Positions 51,621 through 64,000 of a stretch of 64,000 nucleotides of DNA are shown here, piece after piece (position 1 is the first letter of the stretch; each line of letters opens with the position of its first letter). Source of the DNA: Ophelia neglecta (taxonomy: Eukaryota); assembly GCA_965285935.1 (NCBI GenBank), contig OZ260662.1:30318001-30382000 (forward strand), given 5' to 3'. Under the pieces are notes generated by a model. It ran no database searches and was not told the origin of the DNA. It saw nothing but the letters and a program-made list of their open reading frames with translations. A program made the translations under genes and the position numbers.

Positions 51621-54600
51621 ATAGCATGAGCACCCTGTAAGATTAATGACTCCGAGTCAGTGAGTTGTTTGAACGAATGCTTAAACTTACGTCTCTATCC
51701 GTCAATAGACATTAGGTTTTGTACAATAACATACACAGCGTGTTTACATGATATATTTACATGGCTAAGTAAACAGCCTAGGGCGTACGGAGCGTGAGAT
51801 TATCTCCAGTTTAGATGTGCCCTAGAGTACCGAGTGTGAAGTACTCCGCGCCCGTGTCTGGCTCGGATCTAGGTCACCAGACAGGGTCAACTGTTGGGCA
51901 GGGAGTGAGTTGGGACACTTCTCAATCCATTCTGTCCCCTAGTACAGAACCCAAGCCTCTTTTCTAAACTAAGTGATTATATTCCGCCTCTCCTAAGGGG
52001 CGGGGGCCTTCCGCCGGACTCCTTGGGGACCCGTACCCAAAATCAACCCCATGTTTATCCACAATATCAGCGTCAATGATTTTTATGCCCGATTTGATTT
52101 ATTATTGCCACCCATGCATTAACCAGTGGAATCGAGATCAAAGCCTGCCGTCGCTATTCGTTGGCAAATAAATCGGCAAGTACGTGTATCGATGCCAAGC
52201 CCTGACAGGTTAATACATATTGATTGGGATCATTCAGGCCCACGTTATCTTGTTTTGCCATTCCAAAAAGTTCATAACCCGTACTGTTGTCAGCCTTTTA
52301 TAGTACTTGCACGCCTGATGAAAATCGAAGTAGACAAACTTCATTGTCATGTGCTTATAGCTTACAGCTTTAATCTTCACGGCAATCGATGTACATGATA
52401 TACATGTACATACTAATCTAATAGAGGTATGTGGGATTGGCAAGTGCTCATCTTATCGATGAAGGTACCGCCTTTTATCCGCAGCAAAGTTCAATCGCTA
52501 TTGTGTGGTGATGAGTGTGATAAATCAAGTACCGTCCACGAAGTTATCCCCAATCTGATGGTGATATATTGCTTAATCTGGGTTAAGCCACGCTGGGATT
52601 ATCCCAGGAAAATTTGTAAAGGGGCGGGGAATGGGTCGTCCGATAACGCCGCGTTGTATTTCTGATAGACCGCCCATATTGAAGTTTATTGAGTCAAGGC
52701 CTGCCACTTTCGGTCGTCTGGGGAATTTAAATCTCGCGGGAATGTCTCGGGACACAACTCCTAGTCGATATTTCACTCAATCACCACAAGTAGGGCCTAC
52801 ACGACAGCCGATGTTTACTTCCAATTCCCATGGTGATAACAGGAAAAATGATAGTTTAAGATTGTGAACTTTAACATTGTATATTGGCCCATTTTGTGAA
52901 TACGTTATGTACCTTAACATATTATATAAAAGACCAATAACGCATCGAAAAATATACATTCGTAATGTGCATAATTATATTATAAATACTACAAGTGCTT
53001 TAGGGCTATACGTCGTTTTTTTCTGCGTTTCCGGCCTCAGATTATTCTCAGAATGATGCATTTAATATGTTCAAAATTCTACACCAGTTGGTCCAAAGCG
53101 ACTGCTGAATTGAAACTTTTTTTAACCGGTATATTGGTAACAATTTATAATGCCTAACGGTTGCCATGGTAACCTTCTTCAACACTTGTTGGTGTGCGCA
53201 ATGCTAAACTGTTGCTGGGGTGGTGGTTGTGGGGGAGGGGGGGGGGGGGTAGAAGATTAGATTAGGCCTATAGCATACGGGATTTTTTGGTTTTCTTTGG
53301 GTCAATTTAAATTTTTCCGTGGTTGTTTGGACTCCATTTAAAGAAGATGGTTGAAAACATTTAATAACATAATGTCACGTTGCCAACTTGGATGGAACTG
53401 ATCAGATTTTATAAAGTACTGGATGGGGTTGGGCTGGGATGGAGATTTATGTTTGGAGGAAGGAAGCGCCGTCCGAGTGCTCTTAGGAAAGCGTAAACTG
53501 GGCGATAACTACACTACTCGTCAAGGAGGGTACCCGTCAACGAAATAAGCTCTCTATAGCTGCGAAGAAATTAAGTCCTCTACATAACCTATGAAGCGCC
53601 CTCTATCAAACCGTGTTAAGTGGTGTTCCCCAATGTTGTGTATTGCGTCCTCTCTATTGATTTCCATGAGTACATGCACACTACAACTTTTTAATGTCAC
53701 TTAATATCTATTTTGAAAACAGCACCGACCTCACTCTCAACATGATGTTTATAATATGTGGCGTAAAATAAGTAGGTTTGCGATGTAATCAAGGCGCACC
53801 AAGTCCGAAGTTCATAATGAAAAGAACTGTATGTCCTTTGTCGGACGCTGTCATTTACTCATGCCGCATTACTGGAACACTTATATTTTTGATGTTTCTG
53901 TACTGGACATGCGAAATACGAATATGCCTTAATTTGGACAAATCGCTTTTATTAAGGGATTACTACTTCGTATTTGCAAAGCCTGGGTGTCCTCATATAT
54001 TGGCCTGCCAAATGTCAAAGTATCAACACCAGTCAATGTTTTATCTTCCAGGCATATCGATCAGTTAAGAATCAGATGAAAGGGCCTGCCAGTACCCTTT
54101 GGCTTTGGGTATTACCCAGGATCAAGAAATACTTTGCTCAAGATGCCATTTTAGGATCACCCGTGTTTTTATCACGCACGAGTTTCCTGTGAATGTAAGA
54201 CCTCCGGGTACACCCCTAAGGGAAGCTAAGCTCCAGCGTGTACAAATTGCTTCTGTATGGATGGCTTCAGGTTAGACACATCCAGCGATGGCACCCAGTT
54301 GATAGCACTACATTAGATTCCCTTTAAACCTCGGATTAGTTGAGACTGTTTATAGTCCCTTGTGGGCCTAACTGTTCGTTCTCGACTGAGGTGTCCATCT
54401 TTTGGAGATCTCTAGATAACATACTTCGACCTATAGTTTAAGAGAGTAATCTTTACCGCCATTCGCCAGGGTAGTTCCACCTTAGCAGATGAAAAGCCCG
54501 TATAGAGTCTTACTAGTCTTGTTTATAAAACCTTAAATTATAAGATTTTAAAATGAGCTTCAAATTCTTTCTTGGAAGCGGATCAACCTCTTCAACAAAT

Positions 54601-57600
54601 TTCGCCGCTTACCGAGGAACCACCCTCTTCAAGTTTGTTCCCGGCTTCGGACCACCATCTTCATTATTTTTCCTGGCAGCAGACCAACATTTTCAACTGA
54701 TTTCGCCGCATCCCGGGGGACCAACCTCTTCAATATTTTTACGCCGCCACTTTCCTCTTTACCTTCTACATGCGTACTCACCTTTGCAGGGAATAAGCCC
54801 CCCCCCCTCATTTTTTTAGAATGCTGATAAGCATATAAATGTTATTTTCAAGTGAGAACATTCCATCAACTTTTGAAATAACTTTTTTTTACTAACTGCG
54901 CCAATAGTTGTGAAACAAATTTGGCACCCCATAGTTAATATGCCCCCCCCCCCCTACTCACCTGATGGGAAACCCGGTGCGCGTTATTTCCTGTGACAAC
55001 TGACCGGACTGCAAAAGGAACAAATAAACTCAATTAATAATAATGCCCAGCATACGTATCGAAGTTGAATATTTTTAATGTTTATTAATATCCAGCATCG
55101 TGCATCTGTACCAGCTTCTTCTATAAAAGTGCTTGTCTCCTCATTTTACCATCATGTATAGTCTGTTTGTTTACACCGGAAGTATCCTGCTTGTAATGGG
55201 CATGCACAGGTCGTGTGGTCTTTTTTATTGCCGCCTGATATATCTACTCCAAGCGACCGTGTTTTATTGTGTAATATCCGGAGAATGAGCATTCTATTGT
55301 TGATAAATGCTTACGAGCCTGCTCCTGAAGCACGAATGGAGATTTATTTACCTAAACTAATCTGCTCTTGACAACCGAGCGCCCCTTATGCCCTGGAACA
55401 AACAGGTAACATTATTCTCGCCATTGTAATCCACTTACAACACGATTTGTTCATTATTAGGGTTTGTATATAAAATCCGAGCTCCATCAGTGCATATTTA
55501 TTTCGGTGCTCTTTCATAAATGATGCTTTCCACTCTCATCAAGTTTGACATGGACTATAATGGCTGCATTACCCAGCTCTTCGCACGTGTTTTTTCTTGG
55601 CAATATGCTCGAAATTCGTTGCAGGTTTGTTTGTGCTCCCTTTCAAACCACGAGATGCTTGTGGAGCAGCAGGCATTTAGCAAGCTCCATTTTTTTCGTT
55701 CGGAAGGCACACACGCCACACATGACTTTGTGAGTGCACGCAAACACGGATGTGGTGGGAAAACAACCTCCATATTATCGGTAACTAATCAAAATAATAT
55801 GCAGACATAGAGAACATAAGTTTTTGTTTTCAATTCGTGGTATATAATTGACTGTAAAAAAGAAGTTGGGCGATGGGTTCGTTTCGTACAAATTAATGAA
55901 CCTGTCAGCACTAGCGCTTATAAAAATCGTGTTATATACTTTTTAAATCACCCTTAATAGTTTATACAATTAAATTACTTTGTCTCAGCTTATCCAGAAA
56001 GCCTCGTCACCTGAAACCACTCAATTTACAATTTACCAGCCATCCATCCTACAATCCATCCTACCCCCCCCCCCCCGCGGCCCCAATCGTCTACTAGGCT
56101 GTTCTAGTATATCATTATGTCATTATAGGGCACTGGCTTCCTCATATTGGGGGCAGGTACAATGTTTGGGTGGAGAAAGGCCTGTGTAGATGAACAAATA
56201 TCCATGAAGTGCCCAGGCTGCCATCGACAGCTTTACTTCAATGAGTAATATAATGGCCGTCTATATGCTTCAGCCGCCTCCCTTTGTGCTGCCCTTAAGC
56301 ATGGGCTCGAGCAGTCCAGAATCTAGCGACTCGACCAAATAATAATCCAAGTCGGGGCACAGCTTGTGCCCGTCGGCTATCTATAAAACCATATTAACGA
56401 AGAGCAGCTATCTAATTGATACCTTCTAATATAATCGTTACCCAGTCAGTTGCCATCTGAGACTCCATGAACCTAGCCAGGGGCCTCTACAGGGCTGCCT
56501 CGGCTTGGCAAAGCACCATTCCTTATAGAGAGGAAAAGTCGAAAATTGATCCAATTATCATGTGGGGAAAATTTCTTTTGATAGAAATCAAATATTGACT
56601 TTTTCGGCTTCGTTGCATGGTAGGAAGATAACTGAACCGTCAAAGCCGTCTGGACCTTACACTACTTCTGCAGTTGATAGCATGCTGTAGAAAATGGCTC
56701 TATGGCTGCATAATGCATGAAAACGATGAACAAGCCTGTTTTAATAAAATAATTCCCAATCACTATAATTCAATCAAACACACACGGCACAATGTCTTGT
56801 AAATTAAACATGATTGTTTCTTCTCGCAGACAGATTTCTTCTTTTTTGAAATAGGAGTACTAAGCCAATTAGTACTAACGGTAGTTGACCATTGAGGACA
56901 ACATCAATAGGTTTAAAATAGTAAAAAACCTCAATATCCTCGCGTAGCGCCAGATGTAGCTAGTTCTTGAATCATAATTTCATCGCCTGACAATGTCAGA
57001 CGATGAATCCCTTGCTCTCAAAATGTCTTTCTGGAATTGGATTGCCAGCCGACGAAATGACTTTTACATTCTTCGCATGCCACCGACATTAACAGGATTA
57101 ATAGATTGGCCCACCGGAAGAGGAACAAATTGCAAGGCGCATGCACACAGGTCAGTGCGGAAACCGAGTACCAGCGGCGATGACAACTGGCATAGGCTGA
57201 TCTCATTAGCCGTTGTCGGGACTGAAAATATGCGGGGAAAATTCGCGCCTTTTATAAAACAGGACTAATTGGATTTGTACCTGGACGTGCGTGGGGGCCA
57301 CAGATGTGACTCAATATGGGTTGCTATTAAAGTACAACTAGGCCAAGACTTGCTTCAATCAATTTTCCTTAACAAGCTGGATAAGCAGGGAAATGTTGAC
57401 AATACAATCTCAAGACGTCTTAAAAACTCAACCAGCTCGCATGGATAAGCCAAGAGTATTGCCTTCAAACGCACAACCGCAGCTTAAGTGAAGTGAGGGA
57501 CCCTTCGTTATTCGATTTGAGTCCGATTAACTGTCATCTCTTTGTCAGTATTCCACGCGGCCTTTTATAACATATCTCTCTGAGGTTGACGACGTCTTAA

Positions 57601-60600
57601 ATCTTCAAATATCCTGCTCTTTTTTGGTGCCAGTTCATCCGGGAGCCCCAAATGGCCACGCTTGAGGACAATACATTGTGTGGCCTGATAAGTTACCCAG
57701 TTCTTTTTGTCTTTTCCTGTCTGGAGTCTCTTGGGGAAACCATTTGTCTCTATTTGATTTATATAGTTGGCTTTGTTCGGTTTGCGAAGATAGCGAGCCA
57801 TCAATTTATTTGTTCCCTGAACGTTTTGTAGCTGATCTCGTGTCGCCTTTATATCCCTTTATCTCCCTTATGCCAGAAGGGGGAATAGACTAGACAACAT
57901 TTACATTCAGGCTAGAGCCTCTCGCGCGCCTGATTTCAGAACTCAATGGTCATCTCATCAATAATCGTGATTTAATTCAAAGTGAGTTTACTGTGCCATG
58001 GGATACGAGATCTTAATCTAACGCTCTCTATTACTAAATTCCACCCATGTGCTTCCTATGGGGTCGCTTTCGTCAGATGCCTCGTGCCGTGTATAAGTGG
58101 CTAGGGCTCATGGCGGTCCCAGTTTGGCTTAACTTTATTGAATTGCCAATCGATATAAGACGACTGAAAGATGACTATCACAGCCTATTTGTCAGCCCTG
58201 TTGTATAATATGACCTTTTAACAGCCATCGAGATAAGTATGCAAGTTATACAGTCGATATTTCTGGAGCCATTGGAGTTATTATTTGAATGAAAACACCA
58301 TAAAGAGTCTCGAGGGAGCGGCGGTTATTAGTTAGAGCAATAATTATTCAAAACAAATAGAGCCGACACAATGAGTCATTTTTAAAGCTAACTTTTTATT
58401 ACACGTTCATGTAAAAACAGAAAGAAACCAAGTCTGTGTTAGGCCTACTCAAGAAACCTGTAACTCAACAGCAACAAGAGCGTGAATTTAAAGTAACGGG
58501 AACTGTAGGCAAATGGAGTAAAGTTCAGCCTACCGTGTGTTACTGTAATGAAAACAACACATTGAGATGAATTCTAAGAGTACTGAATAGGACACACCTA
58601 CAGTTTGTATTGCCACTTTTTGAGGGAGCGCAATAAAAATGGCTGTTTCCAGGGAAATTTAATTTAACCCAATAAGGAGGACGGTGCATGGGGATTCATA
58701 GATACCTTTTTAAATGAGATGTTGTATTTAATATATGGAAGATGGAGACATTGAAAAAACAAAATTGAATGTTTTGACATTAATGTATCGGAAATTGCGT
58801 ATTTTGGAAGGAATATATGCGCTACACACGACCGTAACCAGATGATGTTTATCCGTATAGGAACTGTCTTAGTGTACATGTGCCGAGTTGTGACGGACTA
58901 CTTATTTCTCCATCCGCGACATTACCCAAGCGCCTCTAGGCTATATACGAGCGGTCGGTTTCCTCCGGAAACCTGCGTCGCCCGAGCCCGCAAGTTAGTG
59001 ACAGCTAGCAAGGCAGTAGCGCAAACATGAAGTGGACAACGATCTCTTCGCTCCATGATTTCAATACAAGCTAGTCGCCTTTTACATGCATCCAAAGGGC
59101 ATTGAGAGAAAAAAACTGAAAACATTATATCTAAAAGTGTTGTCAGATCATTTTTTGTTTGTGATATTTAAACTCTTTTCAATAAAATTCCCTTAAGCTT
59201 AAAATACAATTGATGCATATGGTCTTTCAGCTGGGAATTACTGAAAGTAAATATCCGGGTATACTACTACCACTCACTTCATTATACTAAGAGCGAAAAA
59301 AAACTGGAGGGCTTGTCTAGTGAATTGTGGTACATGTATGTACACAAGCCCCTTTGAGGCCAGTAATGGTTGTTTTTATGGTTTTATTGTTTTTCTTGGC
59401 TAATTCTCATTCATTCCTTGACCCTTTTGGTACTGCTGATCGTCCTAACCACAGAGAACATTCCAAATGGGCTCAGATTGCGATTTATATGGGTTTGATC
59501 TGCTGATAAATCTTAGTATAATGTCAGGTTAGTCGTGCGTTGATTGACAAATAATCACATTTTCTTTTCAGTATTGTAAACACTCAAATTAAGAGTCATT
59601 ACCGGGAGAAAGGTGGGAGTAGGGGGGGGGGGGGGGGTACTGAGGCGAAGGCTACGGAGCGGTGTGAGTCCACGGCGAGTCTGGGGGCTCACCGGGAGGC
59701 TACAGGCTGAGGGTGTGAGCTCAAGGGGAGATTGTAAGAGGAGGTTAGTTCTCAGCTCGGCTGTGGGAGGGGTTCAGCCCACAGCCATAGGGCAGCTGGT
59801 GCAGGAGGCATGCCACATGGTTACTGTGTTGTTGGCCCTTCCACACCACCCTATCCCCCCCCCCACGCCATCCCCACCGAACACCCCACCCCCACGATCC
59901 CCCACCACAATCCAATAGAGAGACAGTAAACATTGACTTTAATTAGGCCTATAATGCTGTGTTCTTCTGTTTACTTATCTCCTTTTAAGGTGATTTAGAT
60001 GCCGTTTCATGTTAATAAAAAGACATAAGATTATTTTATGAGGCACCTGGCGTAAATAAACTAGGGCTTATCTTTTCAATGTGTATACCGGTTCAAAGCC
60101 GGGTGACTGTGCTCATGGGCTTGGCAGGGAGAGGAGACAGCAGGAATCTTGGCGAGGGGGGGGGGGATGAAATACGTTTAACGATAGACAACATAGGACG
60201 GGGAGGGCGATATAAGCTTAGCCCATTTTGGATCCTTCCACAATGCCAGCAGTAAAGATGTCAGGGCAATTTATTTCACTTATTGATTTGCCATTTGCTT
60301 TAAACTTTACTAAATTAGTTCTGTGTCTTCTCATACGCGTGGGTTTTTCTTCCCTCGGACTAAATGCTATCCCCTGAAAACAATAGGTGTTCGATCAATA
60401 ATCATCATATTGATTTTTTTAAATATAGATTAGCCGGTTGCTCACTATCACATGTGTTACGCGTTTTTTATCTCTGCGTTTTGTACAATATTGGCTGCAT
60501 TCTTTTTCCAGCCGTATTTCCAAATATGCTCTCGCTGTGTAGCATAATAGTAGTATATCTCATTCCGTCTAACAATATAGTATTATTTACTTCCCGTATT

Positions 60601-63600
60601 ACTTTCTAAATGATTTACTGATCCATCAATAATAATAGCAACTTCAAGTCACTTCGCGATTCCTGTTTAGGCAACATTATTAGGAGGAGTCAAAAATGCA
60701 CCCCCCCCCCCCCTAAATGTAAAGAACACGCCCTCCCTAATCAACTTAAATGGAATGCAGAATGACAATATTGCTAAAGCACAGTAAACAAATTACTTAT
60801 TTAATTGTTTTGATAATGGCAGTGTTTGGAAGCTGGTTGGCATGAATCAAACAGAGTTCTCAGCGTTGGGTCAGAGTTCACTGGGATCACAGGGAAGGGT
60901 GTTGATAGATTTGCCTATTAAGTTGGCAAATGAGCGTAAGCAGGATACCAAATGTCTACTTGTCTGTAAACCGCAGCTAAATTCACAATGCTGCATTCAC
61001 CTTCTCTTCCCTATAGAGTTCCTATATAGAGAACTGCCAAATTTAAAGGCGACATCGTTTCAAAACTGGTCAAAAAATATCTATTTGTTAATGTTTATCA
61101 GTCAGACTCCAACAGCCCCCAACAGTATTTCGCAACCTTCATATATACATGTACTGATGTCAGTCTACCAGCCTATCTGTCAAGTGGCACAATGTTTTTC
61201 ACCAGGTGGCGTTGAGAAGATTCAGACGAGGCTGTTGACCATCGATTATGACGCAACTCGGTGGCGGTGCCTAGCGGAGATACATGTCAAACAGGCTGTG
61301 TTGTCTAGTAGTTATAAGGGGAAATTTATTTTCAGGTCTTTCTAAAAAAAAAAGTTGCCTTAAATGGTAGCTAATGATCATTGCAATTCTATATCCAATG
61401 TTTTTTTTGCAGAAATGGGATTCCTGGCCATGTCTACTCGGCATGGGCCCAAATAAACCCCCTGATGACGCCTCATATGACAAGGTAAAAATGTTGAATA
61501 GCTGTAGTCATTATTATGGACCTAAACTTGTCTCATACACAACTGAGCATGGAAATTGACCCCCCTCCGACCCGATCCACGAGTATATACATCACGACGG
61601 TTGCCATGGAAACCACATTTCAGCGACTGGTTACTGGTTGTTAGTTTTGTCGTGGGAAGGCTTGAATTATCTCTGTGAATACCCAAATGTATAAAAAAGT
61701 AGTATAAGGTCAAGTTGATATCATCCATCAATAGTTGCGATGATCATTGCTACATAGTTGCCATGGTTACAAAAGACAGTAACCACGCATAAAGCGGCGT
61801 GTTGAATAATAATAAAATGTTCTTACTTGGTGGGCTAGGCTAATTGGCAGGCATCTACACCTCCAAACGATGTGAATTACCACATACGATTTGCCTTAAA
61901 TTCGGAGGACAGTTCCTGCATGGAAATATGGCCAGCACTACCCATCACCACCAATCCCACCCCAGCCCCCTCCCCGTTCCCAACCCTGCCGGCCACACCT
62001 TTCGTCCACTTTCCATCAATTTACTTGGCCTTTGACCCTTGTTACCCCCAGGGTCTTCTTATAAGTACACGGAAGCACATATTCACCAAAAATTAAAAGT
62101 AGCAGGGATAAATTACACAAATTTAGGTTAAATTGTCCTAAATTAGCAAATTATGCCTATAGGCTGCATGGAACTAAATGAATCTCATATCTCTTACATG
62201 TTAAATCGAGGCTTTTCAACGTCATTTTTCGTATGTTCACAACAATAATTGGCATATAGCGACTAGTTCTGCCTAGAGGCCTATGTATAAGGGAAAAAAT
62301 ATCAATGCTTCAGCATAGCAAATGCACAAAAATGATTTGCTAAGGGCTCCTGAAGAAAAAGTGGCCATTTTACCTGTTTTTGCCACATGTGGCAGCCATA
62401 CCGTAAAATGAACCAATAGACATCTACATGTGTCTTTCGCAATCCCACAATTCCAAAACCAAACCATTCCGGGTCAAAAATTGTTTACTATTCATAAAAA
62501 AAAACAATCGAAATTTTACTATTAACACATAAACCAGGCAATCCGGATATGTTTTCTGCCTTTTTTTGGCCAATCGCAGGCCAGCTTTGGCCAACTTTAT
62601 TATTGCCCTAAGAGCTCTGTAACACCTACGAGAGGGCAGCACTGCATGGAATAATTGCTAATTAGTTCACTGCAACCTTAAATCCAGGGTCCCTTATTGG
62701 CCTTCTGCCGAACTTCTCTAAAATTGGCAAAATTACCCGAATACCCCCACATGATATGATTGACAAATAATGCACAATACAAGGGCAAATAAGCATATAA
62801 TTATATCAACCATGTGTTATCATCCAAATTAATGCAAAAATGATGGCTTTACACGGTTCTCGCCAGCTTAAATGATACCAATTTGCCTACCTTGCACTTA
62901 TAAATTCCTTCGCACTTGATGGTGAGGTGGATCAATTGAAAATATTGAGTCAAAGAAGTTAGGGGTGTGGTGGTGATCGATCTCTCGTCCTTGACGTATG
63001 GGGGAAGAGTGGCGAGGCAATCAGAGAGTGATACCCAACATGAAGGCTCCGACGCCCGCGAACCCAGGAGACCAATCCCCGGGTTCCAGATTGAATTAAG
63101 CTAGGGTTAACTGCTGCCGAAAGAGGAGTGAATTTTTCATCATTTTAACATTTATCCTAGATCTTGACGGAAATAAATGTTACAGTCCTTTCAAGGTCAG
63201 ATTGGCGCAAATCCACACCAATATTAAGCATGTGTGTAATTTTGTACAAGGCCGAAGCTTTATTTCAGTTCCACTTTATGCAGCACCATCCACATATTTT
63301 ATATCAACAGCAATATTTTAGTTTTCAATAGGAACACCGCTGAAAACTGTTCCCATGAGCCGGCAGTTGTTACTTTTGTAATGGTTTTGCTCTGATCGAT
63401 TAAGTTTATACGAGAAAGTGAAGTCCCATTCACATGAGTATTCTCCACCCTTGTGTGCCAGGGACAGTTCACGCTAATGTTTGCAACCGATAAAACCAAG
63501 ATAAAACCCGAAATCGAGCATTTTGTCCCTTGATATTTTATTGTCAAACCGATTTCTTCTCGAATGTATGCAAGAGGGATTATTATTCTGGGCAATGCTC

Positions 63601-64000
63601 AGATGATACTTGTTCACATGCCAATAACGAAAATGTAGCACTTGTAAATGAACGGCTTTTTTATTTCGAGGTCCGGGTGCATTCACGCAGATACGTAACT
63701 CGTAGCTGTGATTGAATACCGGTAGGCGAAACTGGTGGTAACAAAACGAGCTGGGTGTCTATTCTGGATGTGAGGGCAGGAGAGATGCCCGCATATTCGA
63801 TACCGCCCGTCACCGAAAATGATGCGAAGTTTCCAGGAAAGAAATTAATTGCGAACCTGCAACAGACCGACCCCGGCCAGACGACAAAGGTTCCAGGTGT
63901 CAGTTCTTCTGCCAATTTCTTGCACGGCATGGTTAGACGCAATGAATATGGTGTTATTTATCGATTTCCGGATAGATTTGGTGTTTTTTCTTTAAACTGG

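Noticed and set aside
57240-57300. PFIKQD*.GFVPGR resembling a LINE RT motif
   Set aside because: A single short motif with no collinear downstream RT motifs.
60842-61345. 167-aa ORF (and other 60-150 aa ORFs such as 36488-36931 and 23567-23974)
   Set aside because: No recognisable domain; several overlap low-complexity or repeat DNA, and such ORFs are expected by chance.
61462-61500. Hammerhead-ribozyme-like cores (CTGATGA at 61462 and 52315; CTGAAGA at ~20503), possibly Penelope remnants
   Set aside because: The essential GAAA after stem II is missing or stem II does not form, and stems I/III could not be built. Upstream similarity to GIY-YIG is too weak.

Overview
AT-rich, gene-poor eukaryotic genomic DNA. 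The repeat landscape and the many G/C homopolymers suggest a marine invertebrate (inference). The only clearly intact protein-coding gene is an intronless minus-strand ORF (42837-45305; likely start 45209). It encodes a type-I membrane protein with a Toll-like-receptor-type ectodomain (signal peptide, LRRNT, ~21-22 LRRs, LRRCT, TM) and a ~100-aa cytoplasmic tail that has no TIR domain but carries a YVQM motif. The other major feature is a young, internally deleted Ngaro-like tyrosine-recombinase retrotransposon (15810-18762, minus strand). It has split direct repeats A1-[RT end/RNase H/YR]-B1-A2-B2, gag and most of RT are deleted, and YR is frameshifted. The rest is transposon debris: a decayed large DNA-transposase-like ORF (~24.0-25.4 kb), a 3' L2/CR1-type LINE fragment (~50.9-51.6 kb), several MITE/foldback elements, a 36-bp x4 minisatellite and microsatellites. 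Two promoter-like motif clusters lie at ~640 and ~46.8-47.0 kb. I found no CRISPR array, rRNA or confident tRNA gene. I cannot claim a novel system; the TIR-less TLR-like receptor and the deleted Ngaro-like element are the best leads.
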